A DNA stretch of 64,000 bases from Macrostomum lignano (Eukaryota): assembly GCA_002269645.1 (NCBI GenBank), contig NIVC01002827.1, positions 62,001 through 126,000 of the forward strand, written 5' to 3'. A model generated the notes under the pieces. That model was not told the DNA's origin. It did not search any database and saw only the letters and a list, made by a program, of their open reading frames with translations. The position numbers and the translations under genes were made by a program. Shown in pieces: positions 1 through 20,899 of the stretch. Every line of letters starts with the position of its first letter. Positions within the stretch are counted from its first letter, which is position 1.

Positions 1-634
1 ATTGTAATTTGTTTTTATTAATCAAATAACTAAACCTAAAGATTCGCTGTAATAAATTGGGTTTAGGCTTCATTGCAGCGCGATACGCAAAACTATAGTT
101 TATTCACATTTTAGGGTTGAAAATCTTTATTAAATAAGATAGTAAGATAGATAGATAGCACTCAACAATAGTAATTTAAACACAGTTACAAATATGTGGC
201 ATCGGAGGGTAAGAAAGTATACTGTATAGCAACAAGTTTACAAATGCAACAGGAAATTTTAGTGGCAAAAGCGGGGCAGCAGGCTATACAGATAATTTTT
301 GCCACACAAAGTACATGTACGAGCACGTAGATAGACCAATTTGCGAATCATTTTTTACTGAATTGATGAAATCCGTAAAATATGCCGACTACATTCGTTT
401 AATGCTACTTTGACTGATTTTAAGTAACATAAATCGTTTTTCTGAAGAAATGAAAACAGAAAAAACAAAATCTAATTTTTTTATGCTGAGGCGCGTAAAT
501 AAGGACAATTTTTGCTTTACTTTGACTAAGCAGAAAAAGCAATTTATAAAGGAGAGCAATAAATAGCATAGCAGAAGAAATAGCAAAACCAACGGTATTC
601 TTCGCTTAATCTCAAGCAAAATTAGAATCAGTTT

Positions 635-7449
<6,815 letters not shown>

Positions 7450-7805
7450 TTAGTTAGTGCTGCAACACCTCACCCGCCTCAGTAAGAGTACATCCAATCA
7501 GGTGAGTTAATTAGTGCTGCAACACCTATCACCCGCCTCAATCTGAGTACATTTAATCAGGTGAGCCAATTAGTGCTGCAACACCTATCACCCGCCTCAA
7601 TCTGAGTACATTTAATCAGGTGAGCCAATTAGTGCTGCAACACCTACCAGTATCACCCGCCTCAATCTGAGTACATTTAATCAGGTGAGTTAATTAGTGT
7701 TGCAACACCTATCACCCGCCTTAATCTGAGTACATTTAATCAGGTGAGTTAATTAGTGTTGCAACACCTACCACCCGCCTTAATATGAGTACATCCAATC
7801 AGGTG
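7450..7805. repeat. 59-bp minisatellite, ~6 copies
   Basis: TTAGTGCTGCAACACCTATCACCCGCCTCAATCTGAGTACATTTAATCAGGTGAG recurs at 7511, 7570 and onward. Confidence 0.9.
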
Positions 7806-7837
7806 TGTTAGTTTCCTTAATAAAGTTAACCACTCAC

Positions 7838-7861
7838 CTGCTGCTGATCGCACAGTAGCAT
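7838..7861 (-). CDS. Candidate alternative first coding exon of NR4A (MLLCDQQQ)
   Basis: Perfect CAG|GTGAGT donor, phase 0. It joins the acceptor at 7374, from which 33 nt read open and in frame ([11 protein letters not shown]) into the ATG at 7341. Confidence 0.55.
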
Positions 7862-7870
7862 CTCACTATT

Positions 7871-7882
7871 AGTCACGTGACT
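7871..7882. promoter_or_regulatory. 12-bp palindrome AGTCACGTGACT (extended E-box, USF/TFE CLEAR-type)
   Basis: Perfect palindrome 10 nt upstream of the proximal NR4A ATG at 7861; several CCAAT-like GATTG motifs follow at 7900-8120. Function not shown. Confidence 0.3.
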
Positions 7883-8710
7883 TGTCGAATAATTCGAATC
7901 CGATTGCCAATCTGGGCAGAAAAACTCCGAAGTCGCTTCAAACGGAGCCGCTGATTGAGTCCGATTGAGTCCTGGCTGATCTGTCGATGTATAAAAATAG
8001 GATCAGTGCTCATTGCCAGAGGCCAGAGGTGTTTGAAACACTTATATTCACAGATTAAACTTCATTCTCCCAGTGATTCCCATCGGGGATTGGTGGGAGG
8101 AATGTCAGGTCTGATTGGGGGAGGCGGATAGGCCAGAAAGCCCTACTAGGTATTTAATTTATTGATTCTACCTGAAAAAAATGTTACTAAGAACTCGATC
8201 GACTGTTGATAAATATTTTTTCTTAGAAATTTTAGCTTATAGTTTAGTTTTGCCCGATGTTTTTCTTCTACAGTGTGTTTTCCATTCCAGATACCAGATA
8301 CTTGGCTACTTTAGAAGTCCTTGATTCCTTCGGCTGGCACGGATGGCTCCACGAACGGACAAGGTTGCAAGGGGGGGAACAGAATAGTTTAGCAAAGATT
8401 CGGGATGTAAGTGCAGCCGATGCCTGACTAATGCGGTGGTAGATCGCGTCCATGGACGCCTAATAGATACCTGGATTGGAAGGCTCGGCTTTGTCAGCAC
8501 GCAAAATTAAACTAACTTGAACTGAAAGTGAATATTAAAAAAAATAGTTCAGGACTTTTTCAGTTAACATTCGGGAAATGTACTCGGAGATTTTTCTATG
8601 ATTTCTTATAATCAAGGAAATTATAATGAATTTATACAAATTTCGACAAACATATGGCAGAAAGATAAGCATATTATAAGAACAAAAATCCTACTAGGAG
8701 TTGGGTTTAC

Positions 8711-8758
8711 CTGGTCCAAGTTCCTGTATTCAGAGGTCCACCAGTCTAAACCCAGCAT
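8711..8758 (-). CDS. Candidate alternative first coding exon of NR4A (MLGLDWWTSEYRNLDQ)
   Basis: ATG to CAG|GTAAAC donor, phase 0, in frame with the 7374 exon. A (CT)n/GAGA tract lies just upstream at 8818-8862. Confidence 0.4.
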
Positions 8759-8812
8759 CCCAGCATCTCTGCCCCATCAATAAGTCCTTCCTGCATCAAC
8801 AAGCGTGGCTCT

Positions 8813-8817
<5 letters not shown>

Positions 8818-8853
<36 letters not shown>

Positions 8854-8862
8854 TTCTCTCTC
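8818..8862. repeat. (CT)n microsatellite
   Basis: Direct inspection. Confidence 0.9.
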
Positions 8863-9204
8863 TGTTGTTTCTGGCCCGCGCAGTGGCAGACTTATAGAGG
8901 AGTGAGGGGGGCGTTCGGGAAGTAGTGGGACTTATGCGCTTCTACGAGCTAAGTTCGTTTATATTCACCCTCGCGCGGTGCGTGCAAATGGGCTTAAAGG
9001 CAGGCAGTCAGTTGTGTATGTTCGTGATGCAGTCTATTTTTCCTGTGTATGGATGATAGCTATTCCTAAGCTTTCCAGTTGTATTCGAATTCGAAGACTG
9101 CTATGGATTAAAAAATTACCAATTAAATCAAGTGTTGCGTGTGCAGTCTCTGTGTATTCAAATGTGTATTGTCTAGTATAAGATGTGCGCCTTGCCTCGT
9201 CTGC

Positions 9205-9390
9205 GGCGCTAAATTTGCGCTAAATTGGGGCTAAACTTTCCTGGCTGTGGCGCTAAATTTGCGCTAAATTGGTGCTAAATTGGCGCTAAACTTTCCTGGC
9301 TGTGGCGCTAAATTGGCGCTAAACTCTTTTGCCTGTGGCGCTAAATTGACGCTAAATTGGCGCTAGATTCTCCTATCTGTGGCGCTAAAC
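9205..9390. repeat. GGCGCTAAATT short repeats
   Basis: Direct inspection. Confidence 0.8.
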
Positions 9391-10827
9391 TCTCTCCTGA
9401 GACAATAAACTCTCTCCTGAAACACAAAACTCTCTCCTGAGACACTAAACTCTCTCCTGAGACACTAAACTCTCTCCTGAAACACTAAACTCTCGCCTGA
9501 GACACTAAACTCTCTCCTGAAACACAAAACTCTCTCCTGAGACACTAAACTCTCTCCTGAAACACTAAACTCTCTCCTGAGACACTAAACTCTCTCCTGA
9601 GACACTAAACTCTCTCCTGAGACACTAAACTCTCTCCTGAGACACTAAACTCTCTCCTGAGACACTAAACCCTCTCCTGAGACACTAAACTCTCTCCTGA
9701 GACACTAAACTCTCTCCTGAGACACTAAACTCTCTCCTGAGACACTAAACTCTCTCCCTGAGACACTAAACTCTCTCCTGAGACACTAAACTCTCTCCTG
9801 AGACACTAAACTCTCTCCTGAGACACTAAACCCTCTCCTGAGACACTAAACTCTCTCCTGAGACACTAAACTCTCTCCTGAGACACTAAACTCTCTCCTG
9901 AGACACTAAACTCTCTCCCTGAGACACTAAACTCTCTCCTGAGACACTAAACTCTCTCCTGAGACACTAAACTCTCTCCTGAGACACTAAACTCTCTCCC
10001 TGAGACACTAAACTCTCTCCTGAGACACTAAACTCTCTCCTGAGACACTAAACTCTCTCCTGAGACACTAAACTCTCTCCTGAGACACTAAACTCTCTCC
10101 TAAGACACTAAACTCTCTTTTGAGACACTAAACTCTCTCCTGAGACACTAAACTCTCTCCTGAGACACTAAACTCTCTCCTGAGACACTAAACTCTCTCC
10201 TGAGACACTAAACTCTCTCCTGAGACACTAAACTCTCTTTTGAGACACTAAACTCTCTCCTGAGACACTAAACTCTCTCCTGAGACACTAAACTCTCTCC
10301 CTGAGACACTAAACTCTCTCCTGAGACACTAAACTCTCTCCTGAGACACTAAACTCTCTCCTGAGACACTAAACTCTCTCCTGAGACACTAAACTCTCTC
10401 CTAAGACACTAAACTCTCTTTTGAGACACTAAACTCTCTCCTGAGACACTAAACTCTCTCCTGAGACACTAAACTCTCTCCCTGAGACACTAAACTCTCT
10501 CCTGAGACACTAAACTCTCTCCTGAGACACTAAACTCTCTCCTGAGACACTAAACTCTCTCCTGAGACACTAAACTCTCTCCTGAGACACTAAACTCTCT
10601 CCTGAGACACTAAACTCTCTCCTAAGACACTAAACTCTCTTTTGAGACACTAAACTCTCTCCTGAGACACTAAACTCTCTCCTGAGACACTAAACTCTCT
10701 CCCTGAGACACTAAACTCTCTCCTGAGACACTAAACTCTCTCCTGAGACACTAAACTCTCTCCTGAGACACTAAACTCTCTCCTGAGACACTAAACTCTC
10801 TCCTGAGACACTAAACTCTCTCCTAAG
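9387..10827. repeat. 20-bp minisatellite GACACTAAACTCTCTCCTGA
   Basis: About 70 copies with a recurring CTAAGAC/TTTTGAG variant pair. Confidence 0.95.
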
Positions 10828-11679
10828 ACCTTTCCTCGCTGGCTGCCTTAATGACTGATATTGCTGCAATGGCTGTGAATGTCTGGGGCCCCCAGATAAA
10901 CATTCCGATTACTTACGAGTCACTTGCTCCCCCTATCAAGTTGGTTCCCCCCTAGCAACCGCAGTAGCGAGCTTACAATCAGTGACCATGGTTTCTTGTG
11001 ATGATTTTTCTACAAACTGAAAATTTGCGCTGAAAATCCAAATCTATAAAAATGACTGGCCCATAAAAGATTATCTGTTACTTTGCAAATAAAAACCTTC
11101 ATCTGGGATCCTGAGGGAAGCGCTCGGCCCCAAAGCAGCGAGCGAGATGTGGAATCCCGCGGAAGTTTATTAGAAATTGATAACACACTGCTGAATTAAG
11201 CTTTGCCTGCGCGACAAACAAGATTGAAAACTTTCACCCGCCTGCCTGCCCTCAGCTGCTGCTGGACAGAAATATATAGGAATATAGTTGTTACGGCTGA
11301 GACTTCCTGGCTTCATATCGAACAGATTACTCTGCTCTTATCTGGCTTAACTTCGGTCCTCGGAGAGGGAAAGCTTAATGTAGATAAGAAGCATCGCTTC
11401 TGTTTGTCGGTTTCTGCAACAACTGCACCGATTGTAGCTGTATATAGTGGCACTCAGTTGATACAAAATTCAAATAAATATTTTGTCCCTATGTAACAGT
11501 GCCGCTGCAATTCAACCAAAATCTATTCTTTTTCGCAGTGTTTTTGAACTGTAGCACAATCAGTTTTGGCATTTCTGGTCATCGTTAATTGGCTGGATGT
11601 AAACAGTAATGTTTACTGCTTACTGGGAGGTCTGGGTACCAGGAATGGTAATGGTACGGTAGGTAAGAAGGTAGATAGG

Positions 11680-12182
11680 AAATGGAAATAGGGAGGCAGC
11701 TGTAGGAAGGTAGACAGGAAGTTTGATAGAAGATAGATAGTAAGGTAGGCAAAAAATAGATATAGGAAGGTAGATAGAGGAGGGTAAATATGGGAAGGTA
11801 GATAAAGGAAGGTAGATATAGGAAGGTAGATATAGGAAGGTAGATATAGGAAGGTAGATATAGGAAGGTAGATATAGGAAGGTAGATAAAGGAAGGTAGA
11901 TATAGGAAGGTAGATATAGGAAGGTAGATATAGGAAGGTAGATATAGGAAGGTAGATAAAGGAAGGTAGATAAAGGAAGGTAGATATAGGAAGGTAGATA
12001 TAGGAAGGTAGATATAGGAAGGTAGATATAGGAAGGTAGATAAAGGAAGGTAGATAAAGGAAGGTAGATATAGGAAGGTAGATATAGGAAGGTAGATAAA
12101 GGAAGGTAGATATAGGAAGGTAGATATAGGAAGGTAGATATAGGAAGGTAGATAAAGGAAGGTAGATATAGGAGGGTAGACA
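11680..12182. repeat. 14-bp minisatellite GGAAGGTAGATATA
   Basis: Direct inspection. Confidence 0.95.
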
Positions 12183-12465
12183 GGAGGCAGATCTTGCCAC
12201 TGCATTACACCTTGACCCAATTGCGCTAATTAAACAGTTTATTGACGTAAAGCTTCAACTTCCCAAACTATATACAAATAGTTCGCTGTTTCGCTTGTGA
12301 TCTTAGAAAAAGGAAATCCTCCATTGTAGTATGGGATAAATATACGCCTATAGTGTCAGCTTACCCCTGAATGATGGAGCCTGGTGGGCCAACGTTAATG
12401 ACTTGACTATATCCCAAAACTTTATAGGACTTCTAGATCTGCATGGCCCGGAGGCCAAAACTTAC

Positions 12466-13375
12466 CTGACAAACACAGCGCATATGGCACTGAGGCAGGG
12501 GTAATGCTGGTAAAGTTTAAGTATTCAATTTATATAACTGTGAGGAATATTTATGCCTTAACCGTAGCAATTAATCATTATTTTTTTAGCGTATCTGTGC
12601 GCGCTTAGGTTACTTATTTGTTGCAGAAATATACTTTGCGGGCAAGTACCTTAGTAGAAAAAGAAGAATAGATAACCCCCTGCAATTCGCTGCATCCATC
12701 GAGTTGAATATATTCAATAGAAAGGAAGAAAATCAGGGGAGAATGTGTGACAGAGGAGAGAGTATATAGAGAGTAGAGAGTAGAGAGTAGAGTCGAGAGT
12801 AGAGAGTAGAGAGTAGACTAGTAGCGCAGAGAGTAGAGAGTAGAGAGTAGAAAGTAGAAAAGAGAGTTGAGTGTTGAGAGTTGAGAGTTGAGTGTGAGAA
12901 TAGAGAGTTGAGAGTTGAGAGTAGACAGTAGACAGTAGAGTAGAGAGTAGATAGTGGAGATTAGAGCAGAGAGTATATAGTAGAGAGTAGATTAGAAAGT
13001 AGACAGTAGAGTAGAGAGTAGAAAAGAGAGTTTAGTGTTGAGAGTAGAGAGTTGAGAGTAGAGAGTAGACAGTAGAGTAGAGAGTAGATAGTGGAGATTA
13101 GAGCAGAGAGTAGAGTAGAGAATAGATAGTAGAGTAGAAAGTAGATAGTAGAATAGAAAGTAAAGAATATAGAGAGTATAGAGTAGAGAGACTAGAGTAG
13201 ATAGTAGAGAGTAGAGAGTAGAGAGTAGAGAGGAGAGAGAGAGGAGACAAGCAAGCACACAAAGGCACTCACAGCCGTATCGGTAGTTCCTCTGTGCCGC
13301 AGCTGAAATCCTGTGCACCGGATGCTGCTGTTGGTGCTGAGCAAACAGGCAGGCCTCAGATGCAGCCAAATCCAT
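12466..13375 (-). CDS. Candidate distal NR4A exons 13375-13273 (MDLAASEACLFAQHQQQHPVHRISAAAQRNYRYG) and 12506-12466 (SLPLPQCHMRCVCQ)
   Basis: Donors T|GTGAGT (phase 1) and CAG|GTAAGT (phase 0), acceptor CTTTACCAG. The chain stays in frame into the 7374 exon. Confidence 0.45.
12762..13245. repeat. Degenerate AGAGTAG array
   Basis: Direct inspection. Confidence 0.9.
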
Positions 13376-14274
13376 TTCGCCAAAATAAAAAACTTGTTGC
13401 TCTGTTTGGCTAAATTACAACAGCCTCTCAAATAGTAGCAATGGTGTTTAGTAAGTATGTTTTTTGCAGCTCAAACAGCTTAAATAACCCGTGTGTGGGG
13501 AGGGAGTTTCGCGTTATCGCGCGTGCCATTGTTGCCAAGCCTCAGACACAGTGGAGAACTGCTCAGCCAATGAGCAGTGAGCGGCGGAGCCCCCCAGACA
13601 GAATGTTACTGGTCGCGGCTCCCGTATCCAGGCGGTTGGTGGGACCGCTGAGTTTGGCGGCTTGAGCAGCCCGCCATGCCCCAATTCTCACTTTCGTTTA
13701 TCCCACCGGCCATAGTTACTAAAATGATCTAGCTCGTAACGCTCGCAATGGAACGGACAGGCCCACCGGTTGAGCGTATAGCAACTCAATTCATTCTTAC
13801 TGATGGTCATTTTTTTCAACAAAAGAAACAATAATTGTTGAATTTCGCTAATAACATTTGCCACATATATATACGATAGTTGGTTATTATGCTACAAGTA
13901 ACAGTCAAATAGTGTTCATAATAAACAATTTGATAATTATAATGGCTAATGAAACAGCAGGCAAATGCAACAAGTTGTGCCTGCCTGCCTTTGGTGTAAC
14001 ATTTTATTAGCTGTTAGTTTTTTACTAGTTTGTTGCTAAGTGGCAAGAACAAGAATATGGGGTAGAGTACGGAGTAGGTTACAGTGTAAGTTATAGAGTA
14101 GAGTCTAGAGTCGGTTATAAAGGATGTTGCAAAGTAGATTACAGAGTAGGTTTAGGTTAGGTTACAGATTTACAGAGTATTATACAGAGACCAGAGTGGG
14201 TTACAGAGTAGGCTACATAGTAAACTACAAAGTAGGTTACACAGACGTCAAGAATGTGTATTACAGTTTGCAGA

Positions 14275-14803
14275 TACAGATTACAGATTACACAGACTTG
14301 GAGACAGCAGATTACAAGATTACACAGACTTGGAGACAGTAGATTGCAGATTACACAGACTTGGAGACAGTAGATTGCAGATTACACAGACTTGGAGACA
14401 GTAGATTACAGATTACACAGACTTTGAGACAGTGGATTACAAGATTACACAGACTTGGAGACAGTGGATTACAAGATTACACAGACTTTGAGACAGTGGA
14501 TTACAGATTACACAGACTTTGAGACAGTGGATTACAAGATTACACAGACTTGGAGACAGTAGATTACAGATTACACAGACTTTGAGACAGTGGATTACAA
14601 GATTACACAGACTTGGAGACAGTAGATTACAGATTACACAGACTTTGAGACAGTGGATTACAAGATTACACAGACTTGGAGACAGTAGATTACAGATTAC
14701 ACAGACTTGGAGACAGTGGATTACAAGATTACACAGACTTGGAGACAGTGGATTACAAGATTACACAGACTTGGAGACAGTAGATAGCAGATTACACAGA
14801 CTT
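14275..14803. repeat. 31/32-bp minisatellite AGATTACACAGACTTGGAGACAGTAGATTAC
   Basis: Two variants alternate in part of the array. Confidence 0.95.
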
Positions 14804-15851
14804 AGGGATTGACATAAAAGGTGCACACAAGTCCAGTCCAGTACAACTCATACTCAGGCACATGGAGGATAGTCGTTGAGTATAGCTCTAATCCCAGCAC
14901 AATGATCCCCACTGATATGAGTTGCCTAACTTCGGCTTGCCAAAAATGAACCGTCATTGGATAAATGAAATGGTGCATTGCGTGTGTGTGTGCCGGTACC
15001 CAGTGTGTTTACATTTATGCGAGCCAGTACATACTATAGCTATACACTGCATGAGTATGCGGTATTGCTTCAATTTGGTGCTTGTTGCTAGGTGAAGTGG
15101 TTGTCGTTGTGCAACATTCACGGGAAAGCGACAGCTAATATTAGTGTTTGCAGGCAGTCGCTCCCTGCAAGCAGCTCTTGATTATCTCGCAGCCCAGCGG
15201 GAGTGGAGGTCCACGGAACTCCCAAGTGGGAAGAGGTGTAGCTTCGAGTGATTGCGCAATCAAGCGAAACTACAGGTAAGGAGAGGAGAGTCACCCACTG
15301 TCTTTCCCAACTTTGCGCTGTGAGCACGGGAGTCGGTTGTAACATTTGCTGAGATTTGCTTAAGCCGATAAGATTTATGCTAGTATAAATATATGTTAGT
15401 TAGTTATTTTCAAGTGGACAATGCACATATATGTATTCTCTGAGAACTTCATGCTGTTTAATTATAAGGTGTGTCCACGAGGACTGGGGCCTTGGTAACC
15501 GATCCAGATGAAGATTAAAGATTAATAATTGTGCTCAGCGGAACAGAGACAAAAACATTTGTGCATTTAAACTGAGAAACTGGGCGGGAAAAGTGATGAA
15601 GCAATTGATGAAGAAAAGATCTTTGCATTGATCTGAGAAATTGAAGGATGAGGCAGCGTGAGACAATTAGTGGGACTGCAACAAAAAGGGTAAAAGATGA
15701 TGGAGGCACAGAAGTTACTGATGATATCACTTGCTATTGACAGAGATCTGATCTGAGCGGACTAAACGAAAGTGATAAAGACAAATTGTCTGCTGGCACC
15801 TGTTGGTCAGGGCTTGTCAGGTCATGGCAACTGGGACCGGAAAGACATACG

Positions 15852-16437
<586 letters not shown>

Positions 16438-17059
16438 TAACTAAGCACAGAAACGCAGCCAGCCCAGGTCAGCAATGCTGTATAGCAGGGATGCAGACTG
16501 CACACACAGTTATTAATCAAGCCGTGGAACCCTGCAGCTCGAGTTGAAACTCAGCTTAAGAAGAAACGCGATGCCACTCGAACGGCGCAGGCCACACGTC
16601 GCAAGGATATCCGATGGGTTTGGAGAGTTTAAGCTGACTCTTTGACCGAAGCACAATAAAGAATGAAGCGGATTATCTATCTATGCTCAAAATCCATGGC
16701 TTTGCAACTGCTGGACTGTTTGTTAGAGCATTATGCTTAGCTGTATAATCACATGTTTATCCGGTTCTGTGGACATGTTCCTGGAAATCTGTAATGCGAA
16801 TAGAAATGCATTAGTTTGATATTTTTCCTCATCTATTCATGCCCAGGCAGCTTATAGAAATATTATATCAATATCTCAAGATGTTCGGAAAGTGCTGCGA
16901 TGTTCTGAAATATGCGACTAATAACTTAAATGTTGTTTTGTTAATTTGGCTGAGTTGCATTTTTGGAGAATTGGAAAGTAGCGGTCTGCTCATGAGGGTG
17001 GGCAGTGAGGGGTGAGGAAACAACTCGTGAGACACGATTGCGAGAGAGAGGGAGAGGGG

Positions 17060-17792
17060 GCGAGATAGGATAGAGGATAAAGAAGAGACAAGAGATAATA
17101 GAGAGGAAATATATATAATAGGACAGATGAGAGAGTAGGATTGAAAGTGTAGAGAGTAGAGAGTAGACGGGAGGGAGAAGATACGAGAGGATGAGAGATG
17201 AGAGATGAGAGAGGAGAGAGGAGAGGTGAGAGATGAGAGAGGAGAGATAAAAGATGACAGATGACAGATTCGTTCGACCTGTTTTCATTTCATTAACATA
17301 ATTGCGCGCAATCAGGTAAGCAAATATGTCTATGTAAGCAATCGTTTCACTCGAACCAGATATGAGATGAGAGATGAGAAATAGAGATAGAAGAGGATAA
17401 AGTAGATAGGAGAAGTGAAGGGGTGGGTGAGACGAATTGAGGATAGAGTATAAAGGAGAGACAAGAGATAAAAGATAAGATAGGAAATGAGTAGAGAGAT
17501 GAGAGAAGAAAGATAATAGATAGAGGTGAGAGGTGAGCTGATATGAGATATGAGATGTGAGAGAATAGAGATGAGAGAAGAGAGAAGATAGAAGAGAGAT
17601 GATAGATGAGAGATGAGAGATGAGCGAGAGATGAGAGAAGAGAGAAGATAGCTGAGAGATGAGAGATGAGCGAGAGATGAGAGAAGAGAGAAGAGAGAAG
17701 AGAGAAGAGAGAAGAGAGATGAGAAATGAGAGATGAGAGATGAGAGATGAGAGATGAGAGATGAGAGATGAGAGATGAGAGATGAGAGAGAA
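17060..17792. repeat. Degenerate GAGATGA/GAGAAGA array
   Basis: Direct inspection. Confidence 0.88.
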
Positions 17793-18864
17793 TAGATATT
17801 TCACTGCAGGAGTATATAGATGGTTAAAGAGGAGAGAGAAGCAAGGGGGCGGATAGGGCCCTCAGTCAGTCTTCAGTATACATGTAGCAGGCTTAAGTTA
17901 TTGTACAGAAAGTTACTTTAAATTCCAAGCGTACTACTAATCAGTTTGTGTCAGTAGTATGCTAGAGATTATTCAGGCTTCGTTTCCATTATGTCCTATA
18001 TACTAAAAATAAGAATTTCGAATCTTGCAAACAAAATTTAGTTAAAATTCCAACTAATTTATTCTGAATCCAACACTCAAGAGTTTCACATTTCTGTTGG
18101 TTATTCCCCGGAACTGTGAAACGAATTCAGAAATAAATTGCAAATCAATTTTTCAAGTCTGTCAAAATTTCAAAAAAGACACTTCCTTAATTAGGACTTG
18201 AGCCAGGGTCTCTCTTTTAGAAGAATCCTTCTTTTGCTTTTGGTCTATTGGAAACTTCTGCTGTTGCTACCGAGTCGATGTGCGGACATGTTTGAGGCTA
18301 CTTGGCTGCCATATATGGGCGCAAATCTAATTAGCGGCTTTGCAAGAGGCTTTCACACCTGGCAGTATTGAGCCATCCTTGAGGACATCCTTGATTGAGT
18401 CTGTTCGAAATCTTCTTGCCAAGCCGAGGGCTGATATTGGGCTTATGATTTATTCATAATTTCATATTGATTTTTCTGTGCAAGTTTAAAAGCAATAGAA
18501 GGCGTGTGGCAGAAATGCTAATTTTGTTTTAGTTAGTTTAAACAAACTTCTACCATGGTTAATAAAGACCATTTCTCATCATAAAATTTTACTCAAGTAT
18601 TTCTTGTCACGATTTTCACCAAATTTGTCTTCTTTTAAATATATTTAAGCATTAGTTTACAATATCAACAAATGCTTACTTTTACTTTCACAGATTTGAG
18701 GATTAATAAATGTTTTTTATTTTTTATAACACTACTATGACTGAAACAATACTGTATGATGTGCTGGATAATTAATAACCAGATCAACATTCTATGAGCA
18801 TTTAAATATTTTTTGACCGTTTCAGCGCTCAATGACCTTTTTAACACTCTAGCTATGACCACTT

Positions 18865-19815
18865 TAACACTCTATGATTAGCTCAACACTCTATGACCAT
18901 TTCAAAATTATCTTCATGACCTGTTGTACACCCTATGACCATTCTAACACTGTACGAGAATAAGCATTTCAACACTCCATGAACATTTCAAGAATCTATG
19001 ACCAGTTCAATATGGTCTATGACCATTTTAACACCATATGAACATTTCAAGAATCTATGACCAGTTCAATATGGTCTATGACCATTTTAACACCATATGA
19101 ACATTTCAAGAATCTATGACCAGTTCAATATGGTCTATGACCATTTCAATACTCTATGAACAGTTCAAGAATCTATGACCAGTTCAATATGGTCTATGAC
19201 CATTTCAATACTCTATGAACAGTTCAAGAATCTATGACCAGTTCAATATGGTCTATGACCATTTCAATACTCTATGAACAGTTCAAGAATCTATGACCAG
19301 TTCAATATGGTCTATGACCATTTCAATACTCTATGAACAGTTCAAGAATCTATGACCAGTTCAATATGGTCTATGACCATTTCCACACTCTATGAACAGT
19401 TCCAGAATCTATGACCAGTTCAATATGGTCTATGACCATTTCAATACTCTATGAAAAGTTCAAGAATCTATGACCAGTTCAAGAATCTATGACCAGCTCA
19501 ATATGGTTTATGACCATTTCAACACTCCATGAACAGTTCAAGAATCTATGACCAGTTCAATATGGTCTATGACCATTTCAATACTCTATGAACAGTTCAA
19601 GAATCTATGACCAGTTCAATATGGTCTATGACCATTTCCACACTCTATGAACAGTTCAAGAATCTATGACCAGTTCAATATGGTCTATGACCATTTCCAC
19701 ACTCTATGAACAGTTCAAGAATCTATGACCAGTTCAATATGGTCTATGACCATTTCAATACTCTATGAACAGTTCAAGAATCTATGACCAGCTAAAGCCT
19801 TCTATGACCAGTTGA
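18865..19815. repeat. 59-bp higher-order repeat of three ~20-bp CTATGA subunits
   Basis: CTATGACCAGTTCAATATGGT + CTATGACCATTTCAATACT + CTATGAACAGTTCAAGAAT. Confidence 0.93.
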
Positions 19816-20231
19816 ATTCTAGCCAGCTTTGCCAATCCTGACAGCAATAACTATCCAAGTCTGAAACCAAATTTTCTTAGAAATGAGCCACACAAGCCAG
19901 TAAGCAACGCATCATAGCGGCGCTAAATGGGGTTTTGCCAGAGACTACCGAATGCAGTGCCAGGCAATGCGACAAGTATGCGTTCCTTATCAGCCTCCAC
20001 CTCATTTCTAAGAAACTCTATTGTAGCCTCCGTCTACTCCGGTTGTCCATGAAGCAGAGCTGGTCTGCCAGCAGAGCCCGCTTTCATTGGCTTCGGCTGA
20101 AACATTCAATGGGCATAAATATCCTAACAATATCAACTCCAACAGATAAGAGAGAAGCTTATTTTTAGCACCTAACACTGAACTCACTTCGTGAGCACTC
20201 GATTTACAAAGGCTTTCCTTTAAGGTAAGAA

Positions 20232-20858
<627 letters not shown>

Positions 20859-20899
20859 TGTAGCAGCGCAGCCTCCCTGCCTTTCAGCAGCAGTCTCTG

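Noticed and set aside
7450-7805. Antisense gene implied by repeated CAG|GTGAG donors on the plus strand
   Set aside because: The donors are part of a tandem repeat unit, with no acceptors or ORF to support a transcript.
12459-12470. U1 snRNA 5' end (ACTTACCTG)
   Set aside because: No U1 stem-loops or Sm site follow; it is better explained as a CAG|GTAAGT donor on the minus strand.
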